Assembly: GCA_041746255.1 (NCBI GenBank)
Contig: JBGTHM010000030.1
Location: 1-64,000, forward strand
Direction of reading: 5' to 3'
DNA: 64,000 nucleotides
DNA from: Fibrobacteria bacterium
Lineage (GTDB): Bacteria; Fibrobacterota; Fibrobacteria; UBA11236
Made by a program: the position numbers and the translations under genes
Part shown: piece after piece, positions 9,141 through 19,424 of the stretch
Numbering within the stretch: the first letter of the stretch is position 1
Layout: each line of letters starts with the position of its first letter
Notes under the pieces: model-generated
Told to the model about the DNA's origin: nothing
What the model saw: only the letters and a program-made list of their open reading frames with translations
Databases searched by the model: none

Positions 9141-10731
9141 GCGGCAGGCGGATGGATTCGCTTTCATTTTTCGGTGCCTCGTCGTGTAAGGATTCTTCCA
9201 GCACGTCAGATACCAGTTTATATTGGGGATCTTCCCAGTGATTGACCTCGATTAAGGAGGAGGCGTTATCTAAAAGTACGCGGCAGTCTTCACTCAGATG
9301 ACGTAAATGCAATTTTTTCCCGGCGCGGGAATACCGCTCCGTAACCTTGTTGACCGCTTCTATCGCGGAATGATCCACTACCCTCGATTCCTTGAAATCG
9401 ATCACGATTTCGGAGGGATCGCTAAGTACATCGAACTTTTCCTGAAAGAGCCCGGCGGAACCGAAAAAGAGCGGACCGAAAATTTCATAATGCTTCACGC
9501 CATTTTCATCGATGTATTTTCTCGCCCGGATTCTTTTCGCATTTTCCCAGGAAAAAGCCAAAGCGGAAATAATGACCCCGACCAATACCGCCACCGCCAG
9601 ATTGTGGAAAATAACCGTCACCCCGGCAACCATAAACATGACGACAACGTCCGTGGTGGGAACCCTGCGGATGATTTTGAGGCTGGCCCATTCGAAGGTT
9701 CCGAAAGCCACCATGATCATAAGCCCGACCAGCGGCGCCATGGGTAATTTTGTGATAAGGGAGGAACCGAACAGGATAAAAACCAGGAGGGAAGTTGCGG
9801 CAACGACTCCGGATAGGCGTTTGCGACCTCCCGAACTGACGTTGATGATGCTCTGTCCTATCATGGCGCAACCGCCCATGCCTCCGAAAAATCCCGTCAC
9901 CACATTGGCTGAACCCTGGGCGATGCATTCGCGATTGCCGCGCCCGCGCGTTTCCGTCATTTCGTCGACTACCGTCATAGTCAGTAAGCTTTCGATGAGG
10001 CCGACCATGGCCATGATAAGCGAATAGGGGAAAATGATTTTAAGCGTTTCCCAATCCCAAGGCACGCTGGGAAAATGGAATTGAGGCAAACCTCCGGAAA
10101 TCGTAGCGATGTCCCCGACGGTTTTGGTGGATAGCCCGGTAAAAAGGGCGAATAGGGAAACGCCCACAATGGCCACCAGCGACGCCGGAACCGCTTTGGT
10201 GAACTTGGGGAGGAAGTGGATGATGGCCATGGTTGCAACCACTAGAGCCAGCATAATGGCCAGCGGTTTGCCGGTAATCCATTCGAGTGCCCCGTCCTCA
10301 CCCATTACCTTGAATTCGGTAAGTTGGGAAAGAAAGATGACGATGGCCAGTCCATTCACGAATCCGAACATGACGGCCTGAGGCACGAGCCGAATGAATT
10401 TTCCCAGACGGAACAATCCTGCCGTTACCTGTATAACGCCCATGAGAACCACGGCCGCGAACAAATACTCCAGTCCGTGGGTGGCGACCAGACTGACGAC
10501 TACGACCGCGATGGCGCCCGTCGCTCCGGAAATCATACCGGGACGGCCTCCGGCCAAGGCGGTTATGAAACAGATTATGAAGGCCGTATAAAGCCCCGTC
10601 ATGGGGCTCACTCCGGCAATGATGGAAAAGGCCACTGCTTCCGGTATTAAGGCCAAGGACACCGTTATACCCGAGAAGATTTCATTTTTGGGGTTGGTAG
10701 TCTGATGCTTAAGAAGATTCAGGAAAAACAT
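9130..10731 (-). CDS. SulP/SLC26 anion (sulfate/bicarbonate) transporter with STAS domain
   Basis: [35 protein letters not shown] and GPLFFGS motifs; STAS C-terminus. The 3' end overlaps the convergent methyltransferase gene by 11 nt. Confidence 0.95.
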   Translation of the reverse strand: MFFLNLLKHQTTNPKNEIFSGITVSLALIPEAVAFSIIAGVSPMTGLYTAFIICFITALAGGRPGMISGATGAIAVVVVSLVATHGLEYLFAAVVLMGVIQVTAGLFRLGKFIRLVPQAVMFGFVNGLAIVIFLSQLTEFKVMGEDGALEWITGKPLAIMLALVVATMAIIHFLPKFTKAVPASLVAIVGVSLFALFTGLSTKTVGDIATISGGLPQFHFPSVPWDWETLKIIFPYSLIMAMVGLIESLLTMTVVDEMTETRGRGNRECIAQGSANVVTGFFGGMGGCAMIGQSIINVSSGGRKRLSGVVAATSLLVFILFGSSLITKLPMAPLVGLMIMVAFGTFEWASLKIIRRVPTTDVVVMFMVAGVTVIFHNLAVAVLVGVIISALAFSWENAKRIRARKYIDENGVKHYEIFGPLFFGSAGLFQEKFDVLSDPSEIVIDFKESRVVDHSAIEAVNKVTERYSRAGKKLHLRHLSEDCRVLLDNASSLIEVNHWEDPQYKLVSDVLEESLHDEAPKNESESIRLPLTP

Positions 10732-11080
10732 GTTGCTTGCTCGATTTTAAAGTTTGCATAAAGGGGAAAAACCCCCTGAAGGGAATGTGTGAATTCTCCG
10801 AATGGAAATTCATTGAATCAGGCCCCCGATTCACGAAGGCCATAAAAGATCGAACCGGAGTTGCCGACTACTGCAGAGCTAATTGAGCGAAAAAAATTGC
10901 AAGCGCGGAATCGTCATTTCTGGAAGGCTAATAGTACCAAAAAGTCTCTTGGAATCAAGGTTTGCAAGAGCCTAAACAACACTCTTCCTATCTATAGTCT
11001 GACAATTTCCCCAAGGAACCAAACTGGCCGGAATGGACTGTTCGACAAGCTTCCCCGAAGAGGGAATTGTCGTTCCAATC

Positions 11081-14000
11081 CTATGCAGAAGCCTCACCCC
11101 TTGCGGAAACTCCCAACAACTCCCTGACTTCATCCAATAGCTGATTCGGCATGAACGGTTTAGAGATGAAATGGGTATTGCCTCTTTGCGGAGTATTTCG
11201 GGCCAGGGGGGTGTCGGTATAACCGGACATGAACAGGACGCAAACATCGCGCTTCAGGGAGCGTAGTTGCTTCACCATCTGAATGCCGTCCATTCTGGGC
11301 ATGACAACGTCCGAGATAATCAAATTTATTTTTCCCGGATGGCTGCGGCCCATCTCCAAGCCTTCCTGGCCATCCCGTGCTTCGAGGACGGCATATCCAT
11401 TTTGTTCCAAAATTCTCTTGACGAGTTCCCTTACCGATTCTTCATCCTCAACCAATAGGATAGTCGCTAGCAGGGCTTTCGGATTCGAAAAGCTTGATGC
11501 AGGAATCGAAGCGTTCACCCCAATTCCTTCTTCAGCCACCGGGAAATAAATCGAAAAACTCGTTCCCTGGCCTTCTCGGCTATCGATGAAAATGTGGCCG
11601 CCGCTTTGCGAGATAATTCCATAAACTGTAGCCAATCCGAGTCCGGATCCCCTTCCGAATTCCTTGGTCGTGAAGAAAGGTTCGAAAACCAGGGATTTCA
11701 CTTCCTCACTCATGCCGGTACCGTTATCCGTAACCGTCAACAGGGTGTATGAACCGGCATTGAGTGCATGGAGATTGCCGTTGGAATGGGCGGTCACTTC
11801 GACCGGGAGGGTTTGGATTCTGATTTTGCCGGATGAGGGGATGGCATCACGTGCATTTACCACTAAGTTCATGAGTACTTGCTCAATATTGACTGGGTCA
11901 ACATTAACCGTTTTCAATGTGGAGTCAAGCTTCAACTCCAGTTCGATATTCTCGCCGATTATGCGTTTAAGCATCTTCGCGAAATTGATTATCAGTGCGT
12001 TCAAGTCCACTATTTTTAACGAGAGAATTTGCTTGCGGGAATAGGCCAGCAATTGTCTGGTCAGGTCCGCTGCGCGTTCGCCCGCCTTTTTGATTTCAGT
12101 AAGATGGCCGTAGAGTGGATTATCCTTTTCGACTAGGGACAGCGACAAATGACTGTACCCGTTTATGGCAGTCAGGAGATTGTTGAAGTCGTGGGCGATA
12201 CCGCCCGCCAGTTTACCAATGGATTCCATTTTCTGGGCTTGTAGCAGCTGATCCTGCACTTGGCGTAGAAATATTTCCGCGGCATGTTGTTCGATGGCAA
12301 TACCGGCGATTCCAACCAAGGTCTCGAACCGGCTAATCTCCTTCCGGTCAAGATGACGGGGTTCCTTAAAATAAAGGGCGAAAGCCGCCAGGGTTTTTCC
12401 GGAAGCAGTGGAAATGGGAAGGCACAGGCAGGCCGTGAATCCATTTTCCAAACCCGGATCGTCTTTTGATTTCCACTCGGGATGAGTACTTGCATCTTCC
12501 ACGTAAATCCTTGCGCCGGTCAGGGCCACGGTGGCGCAAATGCCTTGCCTTGCTTCGATGGCATGGCCTTCGATTGCCTGCAGATAATTATCCGGCATGC
12601 AGAATGAAGCACCATTAACCAAGTGTCGACCATCGGGGGAAAGCAGGAGTATGGATGCGCAGGAGCCCTGGATCAGGATTTCCGCATTTCTCGTCACCGA
12701 TACAAGCACCTTCGACAATGGTGTTCGACGAGCTATTTTTTCCAGAACAGTTCTTTGCGCCTTTAATTCCGCTCCGATGGCTTCGGCTTTTTTGCGGGCC
12801 AGCACTTGGGTGGTGATTTCGAAAGCTAAGGCCATGACACCTTCTATTTTACCCTGGGCGTTTCGCATCGGTTGGTAGGTAAAGCGAAAGTAGGCCGGTT
12901 TTGGACCCTGTCCCCGGTCGAGCGAAACAAGCATTTCCTGGGTCGTGAAAGCTTCTCCCTGATAGGCTTTATCTAGAATCTCGAATATGCCCTGGCTTTC
13001 GAGTTCCGGAAACACCTCTCTTGCTGTTCTTCCCAAAAGATTGTGGCGGCCCGCCAGTTCGTAAAAAAGCGGGTTAACGAATACATATTCCAGATTGGGG
13101 CCGCTTAGTATGCTGATTGCAGCCGGAGCCTGCAGGAAGAGCGATTTCAACCAGGATATTTGCTGTTCCGTTTTCGACAGTGCGCTTATACTGGCGAATA
13201 AATGACCGATCCTTTCGACGATAAGTTGGAAAAAACTCTTATAACTGTCGTCCAGCTTCAATCGGGGGCTGATGCCGAATACGAGGATACCGATTGTCTC
13301 TGTTTGAGCCAAACCTTTGATGGGAAAAGCCAAACTTGATGTTGGAGGCTCAGGCCAGGGAATGCCAGGTAGAATTCGAATGCGACCTTCTAGATTCTTC
13401 AGCAGGAATGGCTGGCCTTCTTGGATAACTTTGTTCAGGGGCCAATCCGAATCAGTTGAGTCCGAAAGATTTATCGTGGCGGGAATATCCGAATTATCCA
13501 GGATAATTCCGGAACTTTCCCTTAAAATGGCCTTATCTTTTTTCTCGTTGATCAGAAAAATAAGCGAAAAGGGAATGTCCCATCTGTTTTTATCAAAACA
13601 CTGTGTAATAATTTTGAATGCTTCCGTCTCGTTTTCCACGGTTAGAGATTCATTTGATAATTCCGTGATGACTTTCGCTCGCCTCTCCCATATTGTCTGG
13701 GTGGTGGTTTCGCATACAATATTGAGAACCCCTACGATTCCACCGCAATCATTCCGAATGGGACTGTGAGACGTAGTGAAATAGGCTTCTTCCAAAAAAC
13801 CATGCCGGATTAAGGAAACCTGCTGTTGCTGTAGCGATTCGGACTGGCCTTGATGATAAACGCGATTTATCATCGGTCCATACTCTTCCCAGATTTCGGA
13901 CCAACAGTTCGCGGCCATTTTCCCGAGAGCTTGCGGGTGCTTTTTCCCTATGAGGAGGCGAAAGGCATCATTGTAGAACGTTATAAATTCCGCTCCCCAA

Positions 14001-14179
14001 AAAACGGCGATTGGAAATGGGGTGTTCAGCGTCAAATTCAGGGTATTCCTAAGGCATTGCGGCCATTCTGATATGGGTCCCAGTGAGGAATCGCGCCAGT
14101 CCCGGGAGCGAATGAGCTCCCCCATTTCCCCTCCACCTTCGAGACCGTTGGCGGTGAGGTTTTCGCGCGAAGGATCCAT
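11081..14179 (-). CDS. Hybrid sensor histidine kinase (PAS/GAF/PAS/GAF-HisKA-HATPase-REC)
   Basis: [13 protein letters not shown]-box, [21 protein letters not shown] and GSGLGL; REC domain with ILLVEDE...SDVVMP...KPF. Confidence 0.95.
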   Translation of the reverse strand: MDPSRENLTANGLEGGGEMGELIRSRDWRDSSLGPISEWPQCLRNTLNLTLNTPFPIAVFWGAEFITFYNDAFRLLIGKKHPQALGKMAANCWSEIWEEYGPMINRVYHQGQSESLQQQQVSLIRHGFLEEAYFTTSHSPIRNDCGGIVGVLNIVCETTTQTIWERRAKVITELSNESLTVENETEAFKIITQCFDKNRWDIPFSLIFLINEKKDKAILRESSGIILDNSDIPATINLSDSTDSDWPLNKVIQEGQPFLLKNLEGRIRILPGIPWPEPPTSSLAFPIKGLAQTETIGILVFGISPRLKLDDSYKSFFQLIVERIGHLFASISALSKTEQQISWLKSLFLQAPAAISILSGPNLEYVFVNPLFYELAGRHNLLGRTAREVFPELESQGIFEILDKAYQGEAFTTQEMLVSLDRGQGPKPAYFRFTYQPMRNAQGKIEGVMALAFEITTQVLARKKAEAIGAELKAQRTVLEKIARRTPLSKVLVSVTRNAEILIQGSCASILLLSPDGRHLVNGASFCMPDNYLQAIEGHAIEARQGICATVALTGARIYVEDASTHPEWKSKDDPGLENGFTACLCLPISTASGKTLAAFALYFKEPRHLDRKEISRFETLVGIAGIAIEQHAAEIFLRQVQDQLLQAQKMESIGKLAGGIAHDFNNLLTAINGYSHLSLSLVEKDNPLYGHLTEIKKAGERAADLTRQLLAYSRKQILSLKIVDLNALIINFAKMLKRIIGENIELELKLDSTLKTVNVDPVNIEQVLMNLVVNARDAIPSSGKIRIQTLPVEVTAHSNGNLHALNAGSYTLLTVTDNGTGMSEEVKSLVFEPFFTTKEFGRGSGLGLATVYGIISQSGGHIFIDSREGQGTSFSIYFPVAEEGIGVNASIPASSFSNPKALLATILLVEDEESVRELVKRILEQNGYAVLEARDGQEGLEMGRSHPGKINLIISDVVMPRMDGIQMVKQLRSLKRDVCVLFMSGYTDTPLARNTPQRGNTHFISKPFMPNQLLDEVRELLGVSARGEASA

Positions 14180-14343
14180 GAAATTTCCCCGATAGGCTTA
14201 GGGATAATTCAAGAGAATGTCTGAACCGTCTTTTAATATAAGGGAGTGAAACAGGGAATGCTAAATAAATCGAAATCGAATTGAAATCGATGCCTTAACC
14301 GCCAGAGAAAACCAGGCTGCATTGGCTGGGGCCCGCCACGGTA

Positions 14344-15147
14344 TTATTGCAACCACAACAAGCTCGCCGCCATTACCGCCATACCGGCTATCAACCCATA
14401 TATGGCTAAATGGTGCTCGCCGTATTCCTCCGCCGCCGGCAATAACTCATCCAGGGAGATGAAAACCATTATTCCCGCTACAAATGCAAAGGTCAACGCG
14501 AAGAGCGTGTCATTGAGAAAGGGAAGTAAAATAAGATATCCGACCAGTGCGCCCACGGGCTCGGCCAATCCACTTAAAAAAGAATACCCAAAGGCCTTTT
14601 TGCGGCTTCCGGTGGCATAGAAGAGCGGCACGGCCACCGCGATGCCTTCGGGGATATTGTGAATGGCGATGGCAATGGCAATGCTTACGCCTAGAGCCGG
14701 ATCTTTCAATGCCGCTATAAAGGTGGCGAAGCCTTCGGGAAAGTTATGCAAAGCTATGGCACCGGCGGTGAAAAGACCCAGGCGCAACAGACGGGCCTGG
14801 TCTTGGGGCCGCTCTCGCATGGCTTCAACCCGCTTTATTTCATGCGGGTTGCCTTGCTCCGGAACCATCCGGTCGATAATTGCGATAAGGGCTATGCCTG
14901 CGAAAAAGCCGAGAATCGTAAACCAACCGCCTTCGGTCGCGCCGCGCAACCGAGTTAGTTCCGCTTGTGCCGTCGCCAGCAATTCCATGAAAGAAACGTA
15001 AATCATGACCCCGGCGGAAAATCCCAGCGAAGGGGCGAGAATTCGCGTATGGGTATGGCTGGTGAAAAAAGCCAGCGCGCTTCCGATTCCGGTGGAAAGA
15101 CCGGCGAAGAGCGTCAGCCCGAAGGCGAAATAAACATTTCCGAACAT
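14344..15147 (-). CDS. zupT: ZIP-family zinc transporter ZupT
   Basis: GFSAGVMIYVSF, ALHNFPEG, AIHNIPEGIAV, SGLAEP and ISLDELLP motifs. Confidence 0.92.
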   Translation of the reverse strand: MFGNVYFAFGLTLFAGLSTGIGSALAFFTSHTHTRILAPSLGFSAGVMIYVSFMELLATAQAELTRLRGATEGGWFTILGFFAGIALIAIIDRMVPEQGNPHEIKRVEAMRERPQDQARLLRLGLFTAGAIALHNFPEGFATFIAALKDPALGVSIAIAIAIHNIPEGIAVAVPLFYATGSRKKAFGYSFLSGLAEPVGALVGYLILLPFLNDTLFALTFAFVAGIMVFISLDELLPAAEEYGEHHLAIYGLIAGMAVMAASLLWLQ

Positions 15148-15172
15148 GAGAAGTTATGGCTGGAGAAACTGT

Positions 15173-15209
15173 ATCGGGAAAGTATGCCGATTGCGCATAC
15201 TTTCCCGAT
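15173..15209 (-). terminator. Strong hairpin between ompA-like gene and zupT (terminator or processing stem)
   Basis: 15-bp perfect IR ATCGGGAAAGTATGC/GCATACTTTCCCGAT; weak U-tract. Confidence 0.6.
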
Positions 15210-15224
15210 TCTTAGAGTTGCAAG

Positions 15225-17213
15225 TTACTCAACCAACTGGAGCTCAACCCGGCGGTTCATGGCGCGGCCTTCCGCCGTACGGTTCGAACCCGTGGGGCGT
15301 GTGGGACCGTAACCGACAACCTTCAGCCGCGTAGCTTCCACACCCTTCTGAATGAAGTAGTCGGCCACAGACTGCGCTCTCTCTTGCGAAAGCCGCTGGT
15401 TCAAAGCTATGGAGCCGCGATCGTCGGTATGCCCGCCTACCTCAATTTTAACCTTGGTGGTTATGAGTTGAGAAACCACATTGTCCAACACCGAATAGGA
15501 TTCGTCCGTGAGGCGTGCCGAGCCGGTATGGAAATTGACACCTCTCAAGACTATGGTTTTGACGGTTTCTTCCACTTTTACGATGGCGGGGCATCCGTCC
15601 TTACCGTCTTTACCTTGGGCGGTGTCCGGGCAATTATCAGAACCCTGACAGATTTCAGTGTACTCGGCAGACAATCCCAATTGCTGTACCCAGGGATTGC
15701 AAACGCCGTCGCCATCGGTATCTGGATTAGGGCATCCATCCTTGCATTTCTCGCATGTGCCTTGCGGCAGATCCGGGCATTTATCCGCTCCCTTACAAAT
15801 GGACGCGAACTGATCCGATAGGCCGGCTTTGCTCACCCAAGGGTCACAAATTCCATCGCCGTCTCTGTCGGGAACGGGGCAACCCTGTGAACCTTTTTCG
15901 CCCTGAGCGACATTTGGGCAAAGGTCCGTACCGGTGCAAATATGCGCGAACTGTTCAGACATGCCGCTTTCCTGCACCCAGGGATCGCAGGCTCCGTCCT
16001 TATCCGTATCAGGATGCGGGCACCCATTTCGACCATCGGGTCCCTGGGCAACATTGGGGCATTGGTCGGTACCCTTGCAAATATGCGCGAACTCCGCCTC
16101 TAGGCCGCTTTCACCGACCCATGCTTCGCAGACTCCATCGCCATCTTTATCTGGATTGGGACAACCGTATTGACCCTTGTCCCCTTGCGGTACATCGGGG
16201 CAAAGATCCGATTTGTCCGGTACCCCGTCGCCGTCCTTATCCTGGCTGACGATAGGTCCGTTCCAGGAGACCTGGAAATAGAGGGAGGCATCGGGAGCCC
16301 CCCGGATGCCCATTCGATTGGTCTGACCATTATAGGGATATTCCACCGTGTTGAAGCCATTATTAGCCATTCCCAAAATCAGGCCGGCTTGAAAATTGAA
16401 GCCTATGGGAGTGCGCGCCAATGCGCCCAGGGTCAGGGTCAAAATTTCGGTGGAGAGTTGGTCGTCCGTACCCCATTTATTGGCACGTGCCTCATGCCAT
16501 AATTCGCTGAAAAAACCAATATAAGGATTGAGAGTCAAATCCAAGGACGTTCCCGCGAACAAAATGTCGTCGAATCCTGGTTCGGCCAAACCGATTTTTC
16601 GGATTCCGGCATTCAAATGCCAGGCAAAGCTGGCCTTATTGGTCAGGTCTTTCAGGTGAAAAGTCATCCCCAGTCCAGCCAAAAAGGTGGGTACATCAAC
16701 ACCATAGGGAGTCGCCTTGGCGTTGTCCACGCCATAGTATTCCAGTTGCGTGGGAATGGCGCCGGGGCCATCATGGGTCGGTATCGAGCCCCCGAGTAGA
16801 AGGGACATGTTCATGATTTCGCGGGTGGGAGCATAAGGTATTTGAAATTTGGCGCGGTATTTCAAATCTCCGATATGAAAATCGTCGTGAGATAGAACCG
16901 AACTTTTCATTTCCTGATAATAGAAGGGAAGGGCCAAGCTGAGGTCGACGAGTGAACCGGCGCCCATACCGAGAAATACATTGTTGTTGGCCATTAAAAA
17001 GGGTTTGATAAATCCCTTTTGACCGTTTGTAAATACCGAACCCTCTCTCAGCACCGCTTCATCGTCGATGAGATGGGTATTGGCGCCGATGGCCACATGC
17101 CCGTTTTTCAAAGCTTCGGATGAAAACGTGTTGTGAATGCCGGGAAGGCCATCCTTGTTAACGGCGGAAAAGCCGACGGAGGCGATGAGTAACAATAGGG
17201 CCAGACTTCTCAT
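15225..17213 (-). CDS. OmpA-family outer-membrane protein with Cys-rich thrombospondin type 3 repeats
   Basis: Signal peptide, N-terminal beta-barrel-like region and DxDxDG..CP repeats; C-terminal OmpA domain (GHTDDRGS, NQRLSQERA, GYG, NRRVE); SD TGAGG. Confidence 0.92.
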   Translation of the reverse strand: MRSLALLLLIASVGFSAVNKDGLPGIHNTFSSEALKNGHVAIGANTHLIDDEAVLREGSVFTNGQKGFIKPFLMANNNVFLGMGAGSLVDLSLALPFYYQEMKSSVLSHDDFHIGDLKYRAKFQIPYAPTREIMNMSLLLGGSIPTHDGPGAIPTQLEYYGVDNAKATPYGVDVPTFLAGLGMTFHLKDLTNKASFAWHLNAGIRKIGLAEPGFDDILFAGTSLDLTLNPYIGFFSELWHEARANKWGTDDQLSTEILTLTLGALARTPIGFNFQAGLILGMANNGFNTVEYPYNGQTNRMGIRGAPDASLYFQVSWNGPIVSQDKDGDGVPDKSDLCPDVPQGDKGQYGCPNPDKDGDGVCEAWVGESGLEAEFAHICKGTDQCPNVAQGPDGRNGCPHPDTDKDGACDPWVQESGMSEQFAHICTGTDLCPNVAQGEKGSQGCPVPDRDGDGICDPWVSKAGLSDQFASICKGADKCPDLPQGTCEKCKDGCPNPDTDGDGVCNPWVQQLGLSAEYTEICQGSDNCPDTAQGKDGKDGCPAIVKVEETVKTIVLRGVNFHTGSARLTDESYSVLDNVVSQLITTKVKIEVGGHTDDRGSIALNQRLSQERAQSVADYFIQKGVEATRLKVVGYGPTRPTGSNRTAEGRAMNRRVELQLVE
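15588..16241 (-). repeat. Intragenic tandem repeats (four ~47-aa units plus one short TSP3 unit)
   Basis: DxDxDGxCxxWV-x(9-10)-F/Y-xxICxGxDxCP-x(3)-QG-x(5-7)-GCP repeated four times in the translation. Confidence 0.85.
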
Positions 17214-17439
17214 GGTTCACCTCATGGATTTGGGGATTCGAAACCGGGAAGCGACGCTATCGCGAAATGCACGTAGCGCACAGGTTTCCCGATGCATTTA
17301 CAAGCACAGAAAATGACGAATAAAAGATATTCATCCTTGCTGGAATCAACAACTTATCGGGTGTATACATCCGCTCTTCACCCATTTCCCGTCCCCTGGA
17401 TGTAAAGGCGCTCAAAAGTTATGTTATCGACGGTGCACC

Positions 17440-18372
17440 ATGCCGAAAACCTCTACAAAAACCCACTTTACCGCCGCTTCCGATGGAACCTCCCCCCAGC
17501 CCGGCATACGGGCGTTTCTCATCCACCTTCGTCTGCATTACCAATTTTTTATTTTATCGGGTCCCTATTTATTGGGCGGAGTTTTCGGTGACCGGCCCAC
17601 GCCCGCCTTTTTTCTGCATTTTTTCACCGTACACATCCTGCTTTTTGGGGGCGTTACGGCGTACAACTCCTTTTGGGACAAGGATGACGGTCCCATCGGG
17701 GGGCTCAAGCGCCCCCCGCCCATGGCCGGGTGGATGCTCCCCGCCTCCTGGGCTCTGCAAGTCGCGGGTTTGGCGCTGGCTTTGGGTGAGGGAATCTTCT
17801 TCGCGGCCTGCTATGGTTTGAGCATGCTGTTGTTCTGGCTCTATAGCAGCCCAAGACCGCGCTTCAAGGGTAAGCCCTGGGCCAGTCTCTTCGCTATCGG
17901 TTTGGGGACGGGATTTTTCCCCTTGCTTATGGGTTATCTGGCGGCTTTGGAAAAGGGGCTTGTCGGATTCGCCCCCCTCATGCTTCCTGCGCTGGCAGGG
18001 ATGGGAGCCACGCTGCTGCTCGTCAGCCTCTACCCGCTTTCGCAAGCGTATCAAATTGACGAAGATTTACGCCGGGGTGACGTCACCTTCGCATCCCGTT
18101 ACGGTTTGAACGGCGTCCGGCGCGTATTCACGGCTTGCTTTTTCGCGGGAACCTTGATCACAGCTTGGGCGCTTTTTCTCGCAGCCGGATTCTGGGGGCC
18201 GTTGCTCGGGGCGCTTTCGGCCTTCGCCGGCCTACTCATTGCTTGGCGTCTTCGCCGCTTACAGGGCATTCCAGAGGAATATTCGCTGGTCATGAATATT
18301 AAATACGCAGCCTCTCTGCTTTTCGTGCTCTTTTTGTGCGGTTTGCTTTTGATTATGGGGTGGCAGGCGTGA
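17440..18372 (+). CDS. UbiA-family prenyltransferase
   Basis: Multi-TM protein with NSFWDKDDGPIGG, LYSSPRPRFK and QAYQIDEDLRRGD Asp-rich motifs. Confidence 0.85.
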   Translation: MPKTSTKTHFTAASDGTSPQPGIRAFLIHLRLHYQFFILSGPYLLGGVFGDRPTPAFFLHFFTVHILLFGGVTAYNSFWDKDDGPIGGLKRPPPMAGWMLPASWALQVAGLALALGEGIFFAACYGLSMLLFWLYSSPRPRFKGKPWASLFAIGLGTGFFPLLMGYLAALEKGLVGFAPLMLPALAGMGATLLLVSLYPLSQAYQIDEDLRRGDVTFASRYGLNGVRRVFTACFFAGTLITAWALFLAAGFWGPLLGALSAFAGLLIAWRLRRLQGIPEEYSLVMNIKYAASLLFVLFLCGLLLIMGWQA

Positions 18373-19385
18373 GGGCGCCCGCGGCTAGGGAGGGAGAACT
18401 GTCGCGGCCGTTGCGCTGGGGCATCTTATCCACGGGAAACATCGCCCGCAAGTTTGTTTCCGATCTACGGGAAAGGGGAATGGAGGTTGCCGCGGTGGCC
18501 TCCCGCGACCTCGGACGGGCCGAGGCTTTCGCCACCTCGCTCGGAATTCATCGACATTACGGCGATTACCGGTCTTTACTGGACGATAAGGCTATCGACG
18601 CGGTCTATATCGCCTTGCCCAATCACCTGCACGCCGAATGGTCCATCCGCTGCGCCGAGGCGGGCAAACATGTTTTATGTGAAAAGCCCGCAGCGCTTTC
18701 CGGCGCCGAATTCGAAAAGGTGATGGCTGCGGTCGAGCGCGCCGATGTGTTTTATATGGAAGGCTTCATGTATCGGCTGCATCCCCTATGGGCGCGGATG
18801 CGCGAAATCATCGCTTCGGGCCGCATCGGCAGCGTCCGGCTTTTGCATGCTTCCTTCTGCTATGACATGGGGATGAAGCTCGATAATATCCGGCAAATCC
18901 CCGAAGTGGGCGGAGGCGCACTCAACGATATCGGTTGTTATTGCCTCTCTTTCTGTCGCATGCTGGCGGGGGAGGAACCCTCGGTTTTAAGTGCAACCGG
19001 ATCTATTGGACACGAAAGCCGCGTAGATGAATGGGCGGTCGCCAGCCTGCGCTTCCCTTCGGGCCTGTCGGCCACTTTCCATTGCGCCCTGCGTCTGGCC
19101 GAGCCCCACCGGGCCATTATTTATGGTGACAAGGGCCGCATCGAAATTCCCTCACCCTGGTATCCCCACAAAGACAAGGCGGAACTACGCGTTTTCGATG
19201 GTCGCGGCGAGGAGGTCATTTCGGTGGGCGATGGAATTCCCCGTTTCGCGCGCGAGGCCATGCGGGTGGCGGAGAATCTGTCGGCGCGCCAATGCTCCGA
19301 GCTCACTTTAGCTGACAGCTTGGGACAGGCCCGCGCCTTGGAGAGATTGCGGGACGATTTGTACCGTTCCACAAACCTCGGGTGA
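18369..19385 (+). CDS. Gfo/Idh/MocA-family oxidoreductase
   Basis: LRWGILSTGNIA, YIALPNHLH, GKHVLCEKP and GGGALNDIGCY motifs. The likely GTG start at 18369 overlaps the UbiA stop (GTGA). Confidence 0.92.
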   Translation: MRAPAAREGELSRPLRWGILSTGNIARKFVSDLRERGMEVAAVASRDLGRAEAFATSLGIHRHYGDYRSLLDDKAIDAVYIALPNHLHAEWSIRCAEAGKHVLCEKPAALSGAEFEKVMAAVERADVFYMEGFMYRLHPLWARMREIIASGRIGSVRLLHASFCYDMGMKLDNIRQIPEVGGGALNDIGCYCLSFCRMLAGEEPSVLSATGSIGHESRVDEWAVASLRFPSGLSATFHCALRLAEPHRAIIYGDKGRIEIPSPWYPHKDKAELRVFDGRGEEVISVGDGIPRFAREAMRVAENLSARQCSELTLADSLGQARALERLRDDLYRSTNLG

Positions 19386-19424
19386 CACGCCCGAATCAAA
19401 AAACCAGCTGGTGCTGGGTTAGGA

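Noticed and set aside
15588..16241. Regularly spaced DNA repeats as a possible CRISPR array
   Set aside because: They are degenerate, in-frame protein repeats inside ompA, and there are no cas genes.
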